Below, one piece after another: positions 1 through 12,710 of a stretch of 64,000 nucleotides of DNA (position 1 is the first letter of the stretch; each line of letters begins with the position of its first letter). Position numbers and translations under genes: made by a program. Origin of the DNA: Chiloscyllium plagiosum (taxonomy: Eukaryota). The stretch lies in assembly GCF_004010195.1 (NCBI RefSeq), contig NC_057718.1, positions 33,904,967 through 33,968,966 of the forward strand, read 5' to 3'. The notes below the pieces were generated by a model. The model saw only the letters and a program-made list of their open reading frames with translations, did no database searches and was not told the origin of the DNA.

Positions 1-166
1 AAGAAGGAGTTGGATAGAGCTCTCAAAGATAGTGGAATCAAGGGTTATGGAGATAAGGCAGGAACAGGATACTGATTAGGAATGATCAGCCATGATTATA
101 TTGAATGGCGGTGCAGGCTTGAAGGGCTGAATGGCCTACTCCTGCACCTATTGTCTATTGTCTATT
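1..166 (+). mobile_element. CR1 LINE 3' end
   Basis: C-terminal RT codons (KKELDRALKDSGIKGYG), 3'UTR GAAGGGCTGAATGGCCTACTCCTG, and a (TCTATTG)n tail. Confidence 0.85.
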
Positions 167-879
167 AATTTTCTCCTTCTAAAATAAATTTATTTGATCT
201 GGGAGAGGATCCTTCATAATTTACCTTGTAGAGAGACTAAATGAGGGGCAGGTGAATAAAGAACAGGTGCCAGTTTATCCTCGCTCACCTGGGAACTTGA
301 CAATGTTAGGTATCCAATTGGAAATGTAATGAGCAGGGGAGCTTCACTTGTGGTCTGGTTGTAACAGGACACACTTTTTTCAAAAGGATACTAACTCCAC
401 TGCCTATTAAATGTTATTTGTGAATCAATGTAATTTGCATAAGGCATGTTTTAAGCCTTATCTCAGTCCTTCGCTATTCTGAAAAAAATGTGTTTTGTGC
501 TCAATTTGATAGCTGGTGCATGAGTTCACTTAATCAACCTTATTTAAACCAAATATGGTTTTTCTGTTTTAAATAGTATTCAAACTTCCTGAGATTCTTC
601 AAGAAATATTCCAAGCTGAGGCTGTACTTTACCTTTGCACATGTGAAACAAAACATTCCCAAGGAATTATAAAAATGTGGACATTTATAGCACATATCTG
701 TGCAGTCTGTTGGCGAATCCAAAATAATCCTCCTGACCTACTATATTCTCTTGGTTTCAAATGCTTATCTAATTTTTCATTAAAATATATAGTGGTCTCT
801 GCTTCACTATGGTAAAGAATTACAGGCTTTTGCTATTATCTGTACAAAAAAGCATTTGTATCATTTTAAAGGGGGTGCA

Positions 880-1310
880 AGAAGAGAGAGACCTGAAGTA
901 CATAAATGTTTGAAAATAGCTTTTCAAATCAGTAAGGCTGCATTCCTTTCAAAATAAAGATGTAAGAAATTATGAAAGGCATACATAGGGTGGAAAAGAA
1001 GGCATTTTTTCCATAAGTAGAGGGGTCAATAACCAGGAAGCATAGATTTAAAGTGAGAGAGAGGAAAGTTTAAGAGGGGAGGTGAGGAGAAAGTTTATCT
1101 CACACAATATTGGGAGTATGGAACTCTGTGCCTGAAAGGGTGGTTGAGTCAGAAACTCTCAACATTTGAGCAATACTTAGATATTCACTTATATTGCCAT
1201 TGTCTCTCGGGCTACGGCCCAAAAGCTGGAAAATATGATTAATGTAGTCAAATCTCTGATCACCGGCATTGTGAGCCAAATGGTTTCCTTTGATACTGTA
1301 AACGTTTGAG
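880..1310 (+). mobile_element. Old CR1 LINE 3' fragment
   Basis: Degenerate match to the CR1 3' RT and UTR seen elsewhere in the window (AGGGGTCAATAACCAGG...CATAGATTTAAAGTGAGA). Confidence 0.65.
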
Positions 1311-1851
1311 AGTCTGAGTGTCTGTCTGCCATTTACAAAGAGTATGGCTCATCTTTTCTTTCTACACTATTTTTCTGCGCAATCCCTGTGTCTGAGAACT
1401 CTACAGATCTCAATCTTGAATGTACACAGCAACTGAATCTTTGCAGCCTCTGGAGCCAAGAATATTTGATTTTGTTTTAAGCCCTTCAAAGGAACTAAAA
1501 GTTAGTACAAAAACAATGTAATTCAAATGCCTGGCTCTCCAACCACAATTGGGAAGCCTTTCATTGCATTTGTTATGTGAATACATATACAGTATTTTTT
1601 TAAAATATGGATACTTGAAGAATCAGGTCACTGATTTTAACACAGTTATTTTATTTTAACACAGTTGACCATTTAGAAAGGTGTGTCTTAAAAGTGTATC
1701 ATTTCAGATGGTGGTAAACGCCAATAAGACTGTCATAAGCATAACCCATATTAATGTTCAGTGCTTCAGAAAATTCTGACTGCAGTTTTTTTTTCTTACC
1801 TCAGGAAGAGTTTGGTTTCTTCTGTTTACATGCTGAATGACTAATTTGATT

Positions 1852-2027
1852 AGGAGAAAGTGAGGACTGCAGATGCTGGAGATCAGAGCTGAAAAATGTG
1901 TTGCTGGAAAAGCGCAGCAGGTCAGGCAGCATCCAAGGAGCAGGAGAATCAACGTTTCGGGCATAAGCCCTTCTTGTGCTGAAGAAGGGCTTATGCCCGA
2001 AACGTCGATTCTCCTGCTCCTTGGATG
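1852..2027. mobile_element. Penelope-like pLTR fold-back mini-insertion (family A)
   Basis: Inverted arms pivot at a CTGAAGA..GAAA motif. Exact 15-bp duplication ATGACTAATTTGATT at 1837-1851 and 2025-2039. Confidence 0.8.
1979..2010 (+). ncRNA. Minimal type I hammerhead ribozyme motif
   Basis: CTGAAGA-A-GGGC(TTAT)GCCC-GAAA-CG-TC. The stem I 5' strand is lost at the inversion junction. Confidence 0.55.
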
Positions 2028-2529
2028 ACTAATTTGATTGTAAAGTTTAATTACTGATCTCAGTTTTTGTCACTGATGAGAAAAAACTAGTGAAATGCAA
2101 AAAACAAAATTAAAAATCAACTTAACAATTTTCATAGCAGAAAGATTATGTTGCCTATTTTTCTATGCTTTGATAGTTCAAGCTGTGTTCCTTTTTGTTG
2201 GTGCATATTCTCTTTTGCCAATTTATTTCTTTTCTGTAATGAAAACCTGTAGGTACTTTCAGCTATCATAGAAAAAAAAGCTGCTGCAAAATAAGAGAGA
2301 ATATGTAAAGTGACAGCAGTCCAATTGAGTAGTTTGGCCACATACTTGAAATGTGACAAGTATAAATTATTATTGTAGTCATGATGTAAGTTTTAATAAA
2401 AGAGCCTAAGAATTCTGGTTCAGGTCTAGTTTTGATTACACAGTTGTGCATGAGAGAATAATGCAAGTAATATTTGTAACACAGAAGTGCAGGCTGATGA
2501 CCATCTTCAGTAAGATCTTCAATCTAACC

Positions 2530-3535
2530 ACCGCCCCCTTGACATTCAGTTGCATTGCAATCACTAGATCCACCACTATCAATGTCATGGCGTTAACCAG
2601 AAACGTAACTGGACTAGCCAAATAAAAATAGTGGCTACCAGAGCTAGTCAGAGACTACGAATACTGCAGCAAGTAATTCACCACCTGATTCCACCAAGCC
2701 TGTCAGAAGAAACAAGTCAGAAGTGTGATGGAATACTCCCAGTTACTTGGATTGGTGCAGTTCAAACAGTACCTAAGAAGCTTGACACCATCCAGGATAA
2801 AACAGCAAACTTGAATGACATCACAGCCACCACAAGAAGTCTCTTCCTCCACCATCAAACCTGAGCAACAACAGTGCATGGAATTAACAACATGTACCGC
2901 AACAATTCACCAAGGCTTCTGAGATACTATCTTCCAAATGGATGACCACTGCCATTTAGAAGGATGAGGTCAGCAAATACATCGGAGTACCATTACCTGA
3001 AAGTTTCCATTTAAGCCACTCACCATTTTGACTTGGAAATATCATAGAATCCCTACAGTGTGGAAACAAGCCATTTGGCCCAACAAGTCCACACCAACCT
3101 TCGGAAGTGTAACCCCCCAGAACCATTCCCCTACCCTATTAGTCTACATTTACCCCTGCCTAATGCACATAACCTACACATCCCTGAACACTATGGGCAA
3201 TTTAGCATGGCCAATTCACCTAACCTGCACATCTTTGGATTGTGGGAGGAAATCGGAGCACCCAGAGGAAAAACACACAGACATGGGGAAAACTTGCAAA
3301 CTCCACACAGACAGTCGTCCGAGGTTGGAATCGAACCCACGTCCGTGGCACTGTGAGGCAGCAGTGCTAACCACTGAGCCAAAATATAAAGCTGTTTCTT
3401 CAGTGTCACTGGGTCAAAATCCCAGAACTCCCTTCCTAATAGCATTGTGGTTGCACCTACAACATATGGATTGCAGCAGTTCAAGAAGGTAGCTCACTAC
3501 CAGCTGATGCCCATATCCCATGATTGAATATTAAA
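2530..3535 (+). mobile_element. Old CR1/L2-clade LINE 3' fragment interrupted by a SINE
   Basis: Degenerate RT C-terminus (KKLDTIQDKTA). The same family occurs at 24345-24585, 62440-63235 and, on the minus strand, 4365-5570. Confidence 0.7.
3043..3380 (-). mobile_element. HE1-type tRNA-derived V-SINE
   Basis: On the minus strand: tRNA-like head (GGCTCAGTGGTTAGCAC..GGGTTCGATTCC), V-domain GTGGAGTTTGCA..., and a CR1-like tail. Confidence 0.88.
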
Positions 3536-3790
3536 GAAAAGGGATAGCAGACAAGGTTCAGCTTAACATTTCATTGAATTATTGCAACTCTGGCAGTTCA
3601 GCAGTACCTCTACAGTGCATGGGTGTGTCGGCCTAAATCATCATCTAAGTCTGATCCCACAGCCGTCTAACTCAAAACCAAAGTGCTATTATTAATCCAT
3701 GACTTATACCTTCGAACAACAATAACAATCATCTGTGGATGCTACAGTACTCGAGTGGAGATAAAGCATTGTGTCCAGAAACAATTTTAC

Positions 3791-4330
3791 TGTTACAATC
3801 AGACCCCAGCAAGGTTCCACAATTCTTTACAGTTCCAGATGTAATACCCGAAACTGTTAAGCTCCCAGGTATGGAGAGATGGACTGACTCCCTTCTTTAT
3901 TCACCCACCCCCTCAGCTTTCAAAAAGATTAACTTAAAAAACTTGTACACTTCTTCTCCCAGGTCAAATTAGCTTATGCTTTTAAAAACAGAAAATTTAG
4001 CCAGGTTTTCTTAAGCTAATTAAAAGACTGAGTTTATTAATTACATGAAAAGAAATACTAATGCAAGACACATTTATACAGATTGGAAATAAGAGGCAAG
4101 TGCAAAAATAGAGTAAAAAGCAATGGATCAGTCTCAGAATTGTTCGTGAAGAACAGACAAGATGACATCGAGGCTGTTACTGTGATGCACCATAGCATTC
4201 ATATTAGTTAGTTGAACAGATGAATTTTGAGATACTTGGTTTTGTAGGCTGATAGAAGTTCCCTTGTCCTGATTCCAAAGTTTGCAGCACTCAGGGCACA
4301 TGGTTAGATTCTGTTTTGCTCTTGAGAATT
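3791..4330. repeat. Dispersed repeat, possibly LTR-derived
   Basis: Begins TGTTACAA and is collinear for about 350 bp with 23507-23850 (CAAGGTTCC, TTCCAGA, TAAAAGACTGAG). Confidence 0.5.
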
Positions 4331-4364
4331 TGGTGGTGAGCTATGTTCCTGAACCGCTGCAGTC

Positions 4365-5570
4365 CATGAGCTGCTGGAAGACCCACAATGCTCTTATGGA
4401 AGGGGTTCCAGGATTTTGGCCTCATAAAACTGAAGGAATGGCAATATATTTTCAAGTCAGGATGGTGGGTGGCTTGGAAGGCACTTTCAGGAATTGATAT
4501 TCCCTTGTATCTGCCACCATCATCCTGTGTAGATTGTAGCATTTGGAATGTACTATTTAAAGAAACTTGCTGAATTTCTGCAGTGCATCTTGTTGATGGT
4601 ACACAATGCTGGTACTGGGAGTGGGTGTTTGTGATTGTGATGTCAATCAAATGGGATGCTTTGTCTGAGCTGGTGTCAAATGTTTTGAGCTTGTTGGAGC
4701 CAAATGTTTTGAGCTTGTTGGAGCCACAGTTGTCCAGGCAAATGGGGAATATTCCATCTCATTCCTCACTTATACTTTGTAGATGGTGGACAGGCTCTGG
4801 GAAGTCAGTAGGAGAGTAAAACCTTCAGGATCTTGAGCCTCGAACCTGCTTTTGTAGACACTGTATTTATGTGGCTCATCCCAGTTCAGTTTCTGGTCAG
4901 TGATAGCCACAAGGTGTTGATTGTGGGGATTCAGTGATTATAATGTCATTGAATGTCAAGGGGAAATGGTCAGATTCTCTTTTGTTAGAGATCATCATTG
5001 CCTGACATGTGTGAATGAATGTTGCTTGCCACGTCATCCCAAGTCTTAATATTATCCAGGTCTTGCTACATTTGGATATTGGATTCCTTCAGTATCTGAG
5101 GAGTCATGAATGATGCTGAACATTGTGCAATCATCAGTTAGCATCCTCACTTCTGACCTTATAATGGAGGGGAAGTCAATGATGAAGCAGTCCAAAATGT
5201 TTGGGCCTAGAACACTACTCTGAGGAACTCCTGTAGAGATGTTCTGGAATTGAGATAATTTACCAGCAACAACAATAACCTTTGTGCCTTGTGATAAGGC
5301 TCCCAAGTAGAGGAGAATTTTTCACCCGATAGCTTTTGACTTCAGTTTTGCTAAGGTTCCTCAAATTCACACTTGTCAAATACAGTCTTGTTTCAAAGAC
5401 AGTCATTTTCACCTCATCTCTGGAATTCAGCTTTATTATCTTTGTTTGAACCAAGGCTATAATATAGTCAGGTACTGAGTAGCCGGGGTGGAACCCAACT
5501 GTGTGTTAATGAACAAGTTATTGCAGAACAGGTGCTACTGGATAGCATTGTTGATGACATGTTCCATTAC
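4365..5570 (-). mobile_element. CR1/L2-clade LINE RT fragment
   Basis: ORF 5052-5306 has GVPQSSVLGP...LTDDCTMF, RT motifs 4 and 5. Confidence 0.8.
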
Positions 5571-5572
5571 TT

Positions 5573-7242
5573 AGAGTCATACAACATGGAAACAGACCCT
5601 TCAGTCCAACTCATTCATGCTGACCAAGTTTCCAAACTAAACAAAGTAGGTCCATTTGCCTTCATTTACACCATATTCTTCTAAATCTTTCCTGTTCACA
5701 CACCTGTCCAAATGTCTCTTAAATGTTGTAACTGTACTTATGCATCTTCTACTTCCTCTGGCCATTCATTCCACATACGAACTACCCTCTGTGTGAAAAC
5801 GTTGCCCCTCAGGTCCCTTTTTAAATCTTTCTCCTCTGACTTTAAAATTATGCCCTCTAGTTTTGAACTCCCCTACCCTAGGGAAAAGGCCTTTGCTATT
5901 CACATTATCTATGCCCCTCTGTAAGGTCATCCCTCGATCTCCAATGCTCCAGGAAACGAAATCCCAGCCCCTCCTAATTGATTCAGACCATTCAGTCTTG
6001 TTAAAAACCTTGTAAATCTTTTCTGCACCCTGTCCAATTTAATAATATCCTTTCTATAGCAGGGCAGCCAGTACAGTACACAGTACTCTAAAAGTGGCCT
6101 CACCAGCATCCTGTACAACTACAACATAATGTCCCAACTCCTGTACTCAGTGGTCTGAGCAAAGATGATAAGTATGCTAAATGTCTTCTTAATCACCCTG
6201 TCCACCTGTGGCTCAACTTTAAAAGAACTGTGTACCTGAACCCTTCAGTCTCTCTATTCCACAGCACTCCCCAAGGTTCCACCAATATAAGTCCTGCTAT
6301 TGTTTGCCTTACCAAAAATGCAATACCTTGCAATTATTTAAATTAAACTCCACCTGCCACTCTTTGGCCCATTGGCCCAATGGATCATGATCACTTTGTA
6401 ATCTTATATCTATCTTCACTGTCCACTATACTACCAATTTTGGGATCATCTGCAAACTTACTAAGCATTCTTTCTAAATTTGTATCGAAATCATTTATGT
6501 AAATGACAAACAACAGTGGACCAGCACTAATCCCTGCAGAACACTGTTTCAAAGGCCTCCAGTTCAAAAAACAACCCTGCACCCCCACATGGTATCTCTT
6601 ATCGTCAAGCCAGTTTTGCATCCAATTGGCAAGCTTGCCCTGAATCTCACGTGATGTAACTTTACTAACATTTTCCATTTTTTGTGAAACTTGAAAAGGT
6701 TCAGAAAAGATTTACAAGGATGTTGCCAGGGTTGGAGGATTTGAGCTATAGGGAGAGGTTGCACAGGCTGGGACTGTTTTCTCTGGAGTGTCGGAGGCTG
6801 AGGGTTGACCTTGTAGACGTTTATAAAATCATGAGGGGCATGGATAGGGTAAATAGACAAGGTCTTTACCCTGGGTGGGGGAGTCCAGAACTTGAGGGCA
6901 TAGATTTAAGGTGAAAGGGGAAAGATATAAAAGAGTTAAGGAGCAACTTTTTCACGCAGAGGGTGGTACATGTATGGAATGATCTGCCAGAGGAAATGGT
7001 GGAGGCTTGTACAATTGCAACATTTAACAGGCATCTAGATGTGTATATGAATAGGAAGGGTTTGGAGGGATATGGGCCGAGTGCTGGCAGGTGGGACTAG
7101 GTGGGTTGGGATATCTGGTTAGCATGGACAGGTTGGACCGAAGGGTCTGTTTTCATGCTGTACATCTCTATGACTCTAACCAGTCTACCATGTGGAACCT
7201 TTCCCTCACACAAAGCCATGCTGACTATCCCTAATCAGGCCT
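5573..7242 (-). mobile_element. CR1 LINE 3' portion hosting a nested CR1
   Basis: RT peptides GPLLFVIYINDFD..SKFADDPKIG and LVRPLLEYCV. The 3' tail is at 5573 and the element resumes at 7179 after the nested copy. Confidence 0.85.
6681..7178 (+). mobile_element. 5'-truncated CR1 nested in an opposite-strand CR1
   Basis: KLEKVQKRFTRMLPGLEDLSYRERL peptide, ending in the CTCTATGACTCTA tail. Confidence 0.88.
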
Positions 7243-7303
7243 CACTTGATTGATGATTGAGAATAGACTTATGGGGCATTAATTGGCTGAGTTTAATATA
7301 TTC

Positions 7304-7497
7304 GAGGAGAAAGTGAGGACCGCAGATGATGGAGATCAGAGCTGAAAATGTGTTGCTGGAAAAGCACAGCAGGTCAGGCAGCATCCAAGGAGCAGGAGAA
7401 TCGACGTTTCGGAAGGGCTCATGCCCGAAACGTCGATTCTCCTGCTCCTTGGATGCTGCCTGACCTGCTGTGCTTTTCCAGCAGCACATTTTCAGCT
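7304..7497. mobile_element. Penelope-like pLTR fold-back mini-insertion (family A)
   Basis: Inverted arms of about 75 bp pivot inside hammerhead stem II. 18-bp duplication with 2 mismatches at 7286-7303 and 7495-7512. Confidence 0.8.
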
Positions 7498-9844
7498 GAG
7501 TTTAATATGTCCTAGTTTTTGTGTGCAGGAAATACCTGAGCAATTTTTCATATTGTTGGGCAGATGCCAGTGTTGTAGCACTGTATGCAAGAGATCTCAT
7601 GACACATTTTGAAGCCAAACAAGGCATCCCTTCCTTTTGTTCTATCCAATATTTATCAATTACTGCCATCATCAAAACATTATTTTGCTGTATTTCCTTC
7701 ATTATATTCAAATCAATCTTTTATGGGGAAGCACACAACAATTAACCTAATGACTGCATAAAGTTCCATTTATATAACATAAACTGTAACTTGAACACAA
7801 TAACAAAATTATGGTACATACTGAAGCATTCTTGATGGTGAAGCTTCCACATAAAATTCATTTCTGCCGCTATATTTTAAGTGAAAATGGTTATAAGATG
7901 CAACTGTCAAACCATTGTGAAACTAACAGTCATGCCATTGCTCGTAAAACAGACTTCCTGTTACTAAACTTGGATAAATATAAGTAAAATACATATATAG
8001 CCTACACTTAGTTCTTAGGGAATTATTTTTCCCAAGCGTATTGAAACTACTTGCAGAAACCGTTGTTTAAATTTATGGGATGATGACATTTAGCCAATTG
8101 GCACACTTTTTTTCCTAGATATTGATGCAAAGCCATTAATACGAACCAATACTGCTTTTTGTATGGGTATTATCGGAGTTGAAGAACAATTGTCAGTGTG
8201 TAGGTTAATATCTTGCAAAAGGTTTCAGTTATTTTGTCATCAACAATGACTCATGTAGTACATTTATTGTATTGACACAATATGTGTAAGAAATAATATC
8301 CCTTCAGAATGAATCTCAAGAAAGTTCCAAACAACCCTTCACAATGTTCTGTAAATCATTGGGCCGTATGCAACCTTTTTGTGGGTGCTTTAATAAACAT
8401 CTATAGATTTTGATAAAAGATTGGTAACTCTTTCAAAATCTTTAAAAGGCATTGTGGGTAGAGTTGAAGTTGCAAATGCTCATTGGAAAAATATAACATG
8501 GGCAATAAACTGCTAAATTGGTCAATAAACTAACCAGATTTTAGCATCCTAAAATTCTTGGTAACATAGATATTTTCACATTGTTAGATGACAATGTTAA
8601 GTGAAAAGTATTTTAGTCCAGAATTTTGGATTGAAAGTCATCGTCATACCTTGCATCTTTAATCTAAAATATAACTCTTGAGTCAGAGTTGACTTAATTA
8701 TATATGTTCAGTGACTTACAAAGCAGACATTCTGGTCAGTAAATTCACAAGTGATTCATTCCCAAAAGTGTTTTATTTTTATACATATCTAAATATGTTT
8801 ATTTTAGTTAATTGCTAGGTAAAATAATATTTTAGATATGTTATACAACGCTATGGAGCATTTATATCTAAAATGCACTGTTATACTTATGAACTTCCTT
8901 TTGCACTTCTATTAAATTTTCCTCTTCAGATCTTTCAGATATAGGTATTGTGTTTAGATGTTAAACACCATGTCATCAGTAATGTTTAAGTCTCTTCTGG
9001 ATGAATCTTTTACTAATACTTGAAAGTAAAGAACTGTTCTGTAAGTGAAGACCATGACCAGGATTTTATATGGAAGTTGTGATCCCATCCACTAGACATG
9101 ATCAAGGATAACATGCATCTGCCAACCTTAGAAGCTCTCAGTGGATTTTATCGTCTTTGTCCAACTAATCTTTTTACAATCCACTTGTGGAATGTGGGAA
9201 TTGTTGCTGGGCCAGCATTTATAGCCTGTCCCTTGTTGCTCTTGAGAAGGTGATGGTGAGCTGCCTTCTTGAATTGCCTGTAGTCGTGGTTTACACCCAT
9301 CTAAGGTAAAATATCATGCGTACATGCCTGTTATGACTATTCAGAGGGCTATTCATCCCTAGCAGCGTAATCAAAGGCAGTGGCCGCTACTAGAACTGTA
9401 TTAGGCTGTGGACCAACAGCCATCAGAATAGCCTGGTGGTCAAATAAAAGGGATTGACGTTCGTCAGGACTACTTTGGCAGACTGTGGCATGTGAAAGAG
9501 GATGGAAGCCTGAAAGGAAAAAACAATAAAAAGTGCAAAGACACATACTGATCTGATCTATTTCATGTATCTCAAATGGAGCTACAGTATGTCCAGTATA
9601 TTTAATTGTTTTTCTTTCCTGATTTATCCCACTTGTTGCCAGAGGAGAGGAATGCTGCACTCTGCAGTGGTGCATTGGGAGGAAGAAGAATCTACGAGTG
9701 AGGTGGAGCCTTTGTTGGGGGAATGTCTGCCTCCATTAGCCATAGAATGCCTGATCAGGAGGAAATCCTCCCTAAGGCTGCCAGATTTCAAAGAACAGCC
9801 ATCCCAACTGGTGAAATGCTCATTCGTTGCTGGCCACATAAGTG

Positions 9845-9912
9845 TTTTTGGATTAGAGTGGTGCTGGAAAAGCATAGTAGTTCAGGCAGCATCCAAGGAG
9901 CAGTAAATTTGT
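9845..9912 (-). mobile_element. Penelope-like pLTR fragment (family A)
   Basis: GGATTAGAGTGGTGCTGGAAAAGCA..CAGGCAGCATCC matches the other family A copies. Confidence 0.65.
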
Positions 9913-9959
9913 CAGTCTGAGGACGCTGAGACCACCTGGCCCACTCCAAGGCTGGGATT

Positions 9960-10193
9960 TGTAGTGATTACATCAACGTCAGCCAGGTGGACCTCATAGA
10001 ATATGAGTGACCTGATTGGGGCTGTTTACCCGGTCCAATTAGGGATCCCAGACTGACATATAAAAAGGAGTGTCAGAGGTTCTGTTCACTCTGAGAGCTG
10101 GCTCTGAGGAAGCTGGACCAGTGTCAAGTACTATCCCCGTGTAAATAAAGGGTGACTTGATGAAGGGATATCGGTCTCTGTAGAGTTATGTCA
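9960..10193 (+). mobile_element. Probable LTR (solo or terminal) of an LTR retrotransposon
   Basis: TG...CA termini, CCAAT/ATTGG boxes, TATAAAAA near 10059 and AATAAA near 10144, in LTR order. No clear TSD. Confidence 0.55.
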
Positions 10194-10723
10194 GGGGTGG
10201 ATGTGTAAAATTCCAGCTTGTTCTTTTTCAGATTAAATGTTGTGTCAATATTGTCAGTTTTTCTGTGCATTTCAAAATGGAGTGGTTGTTTGCTGTATGT
10301 TCATAGACATTTTTCCATTTGCATATTTATAGAGATTCTTACAATATTGCACAATTGCAAGTGCTACTGCTGCTCAGAGAAATCATATGTTGCTATAGCT
10401 CTATGCTCATAACATATCAATAGTCCCCCCAACTGTGATCCAACCAGTAAATAAATCAAAGGTTAGAAATAGTAATGATACGTAATGCCTGTTGCATATG
10501 CCATCATAATAAACTGTTTAACAGAGGAATTTAATGTATTACCATATGTGTGCAAAAGCTTTAAATATCAAGGAGTGAATGGAAGTTTTTTTGAAATGTT
10601 TCAGTTTTTTTATCTTACACAAAGGCTTGGATTTATACACTCCAGTTATCTCAGAGGTTTTAGCTGTGAGGATTCAGACTACTCTACATGGAAACTTATA
10701 GCAACCAAGGCAAATCAAAATAA

Positions 10724-11711
10724 AGTTAAAAATCACACAACACCAGGTTATAGTCCAACAGATTTAATTGGAAGCACACTAGCTTTCGGAGCGACGCTCC
10801 TTCATCAGGTGATTGTGGAGGGCTCGATCGTAACACAGAATTTATAGCAAAAATTTGTAGTGTGATGTCACTGAAATTATACATTGAAGAATTGATTGTC
10901 TGTTAAGCCTTTCATCTGTTAGAATACAGTGATAGTTTCACTTCTTTCTTTTAATGTTGCAATCTTGGGTTAGCTGTTAACAATGGTGATAGCTAGCCAA
11001 TATGTTGAAGGTGTTAGCCCCCTGTCTTCTCTGTCAATGACCTGATGTTTAGATTTATTCTAATCTAAAAAGTGAGATAACAGAGTTTTACATAAATTCA
11101 TGCAGTTTTTGAGCTCCGAGTTCTACATGAATGTATGCAGTTTTTGAGCAAAGTGCAATGTAACTCTGCAAGTACAAAAAAATTCACCACACAAAATATA
11201 TGTGTGCATGTGGGTCTTTGTCTGTCTCTATGTGTGTCTGTCTGGGGTGGGAGTTGTGAGTGTGAGAAAGTGAGTGTGTGTGTGTATAGTGAGTGCAGAG
11301 TGTCTTAAGTCTGTGAGGGGGTGCATGTGTGGGAGTATGTGTGTCTATAAGGGTGTGTGTGGGTGTCTTGTGTGCGTATCTGTGTGTACCTGTATCCATG
11401 TGCATGTGAGAGTGTGTGTGTGTGTAGGAATATCTGTGTGTGTGTATGTGTGTGTGTGTGTAGTGCAATGGTGATCACCTGTAATGTGACATGAACCCAA
11501 GGTCCCAGTTGAGGCCCTCCCTATGGGTACCGAACTTAGCTATCAGCCTCTGCTCAGCCACTTTCCTCTGCTGCCTGTCCTGAAGTCCACCTTGGAGGAT
11601 GGTCACCCGAAGGTCCGAGGCTGAATGTCCTGGACCACTGAAGTGTTCCCCAACTGGGAGGGAACCCTCCTGTCTGTTGATTGTTGTGCGGTGCCCATTC
11701 ATCCGTTGTCA
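10724..11711 (-). mobile_element. Penelope-like element 3' part (GIY-YIG endonuclease C-terminus, CA-rich UTR, pLTR; family B)
   Basis: ORF 11475-11702: MNGHR..LPVGEHFSGPGHS..AEQRLIAKFGT..GLN. 13-bp duplication CAAATCAAAATAA at 10711-10723 and 11712-11724. Confidence 0.88.
10777..10811 (-). ncRNA. Minimal type I hammerhead ribozyme motif (intact core)
   Basis: Minus strand: CAC-CTGATGA-A-GGAGC(GTC)GCTCC-GAAA-GC-TA-GTG, with stem I CAC/GTG. Confidence 0.7.
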
Positions 11712-12068
11712 CAAATCAAAATAATGTTTTGAAATTGTTGATTAAAATACATTGATCACTAAACTAATGTATTCAATTGCACCACTTTGTCCTTAATGTT
11801 GTCCTGTGTATGAAAGTGTTTTAGAAACATTATTTGTTTCAATGATGATTAAATTAGCTCCCAAAGAATTCGAAAGAAAAGCCATTGGTAGTCTTCACAA
11901 TGTTTTATGGTTTTGAGCACATTGAAAAAATAAAATCTAACTGTTTATTCCATATCTCTGTAGATAATTTATGTATTTTAGCAAAGAATTGCTTAATTGG
12001 TAAACCATATTCCAACAACATGGTTTAAATTTCTCAAAAAGATTTTCAAGATTGGATAAGATATACTG

Positions 12069-12710
12069 GACTGAATTTTAGCAGTAATGGGCTGTGTAAT
12101 TTTTATTGTGTTTCATGGAGGATTTTTCTCTTGAGTTCTAGCCATCATCCCAAACTCAGTTTATTAACTAGGTATCATACCCCTGTCATGCCCTGCTTGT
12201 TATTGCTAGCCCAAAGCTCCCACTCGAAGTAGGCAGAAATACTCATCAATGCCAGGACTTCCCAGGATCTCTGGCCTTGGCACCATCTTTACCATTATAG
12301 CACTTGAATGGGTGTACAGCAACAGCTCGGGATTGTTCTGCTTGGGTCATGACCTTTGCTCTGGGCATGGCAGATAAGGGGAGTTTGGCAAATTACTTTA
12401 TGGACAGGGATCTGGAGGTCCTGATGGACAGGGGAGTACAGAGGAAGGCCACCACTTTCTCCCAGGGCTGGCAGGCGATGTCACTATACTAAACCCTGCC
12501 AGTTTAGTCTGAAATTCCTACCTCATCAATGTGGTGTTAACTGTCTGGGGGAAAGACCAACAATGCTGCAAGGATGTCGATGACCTCCACTACTTCATCA
12601 GCGTGTCACCATCATCTCTCTCTGCTGTTGCACACATCTTTCACCAGTGCTCATGATTTACCACTTTCACTATTGCATGCAATAACTTCCCTCACTTGCT
12701 CACATGCAAT
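12069..12710 (+). mobile_element. PIF/Harbinger relic with a decayed Myb/SANT-like ORF
   Basis: Disrupted peptide FMDRDLEVLMD..QR / TLPV*SEIPT / NVVLTVWGKDQQCCKDVDDL resembles the Harbinger-associated trihelix domain. TIR-like GGACTGAATTTTA at 12069. Confidence 0.55.

Noticed and set aside
3028..3492. ORFs containing NLAWPIHLTCTSLDCGRK (also at 28553, 30810 and 36102)
   Set aside because: These are chance frames in SINE copies, not genes.
9349..9840. Minus-strand exon-like segment (TTTTTTCCTTTCAG acceptor near 9510) with short ORFs
   Set aside because: No recognisable protein similarity. It lies among TE fragments and is probably repeat-derived.
8100..10412. Candidate upstream THADA exons (acceptor near 8118; ILTILHNC near 10335)
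   Set aside because: The expected reading frame hits stop codons or shows no extended similarity, and no matching donor or phase was found.
11184..11474. His/Thr-rich and Cys/Val-rich ORFs
   Set aside because: These translate the (CA/TG)-rich UTR of the Penelope element.
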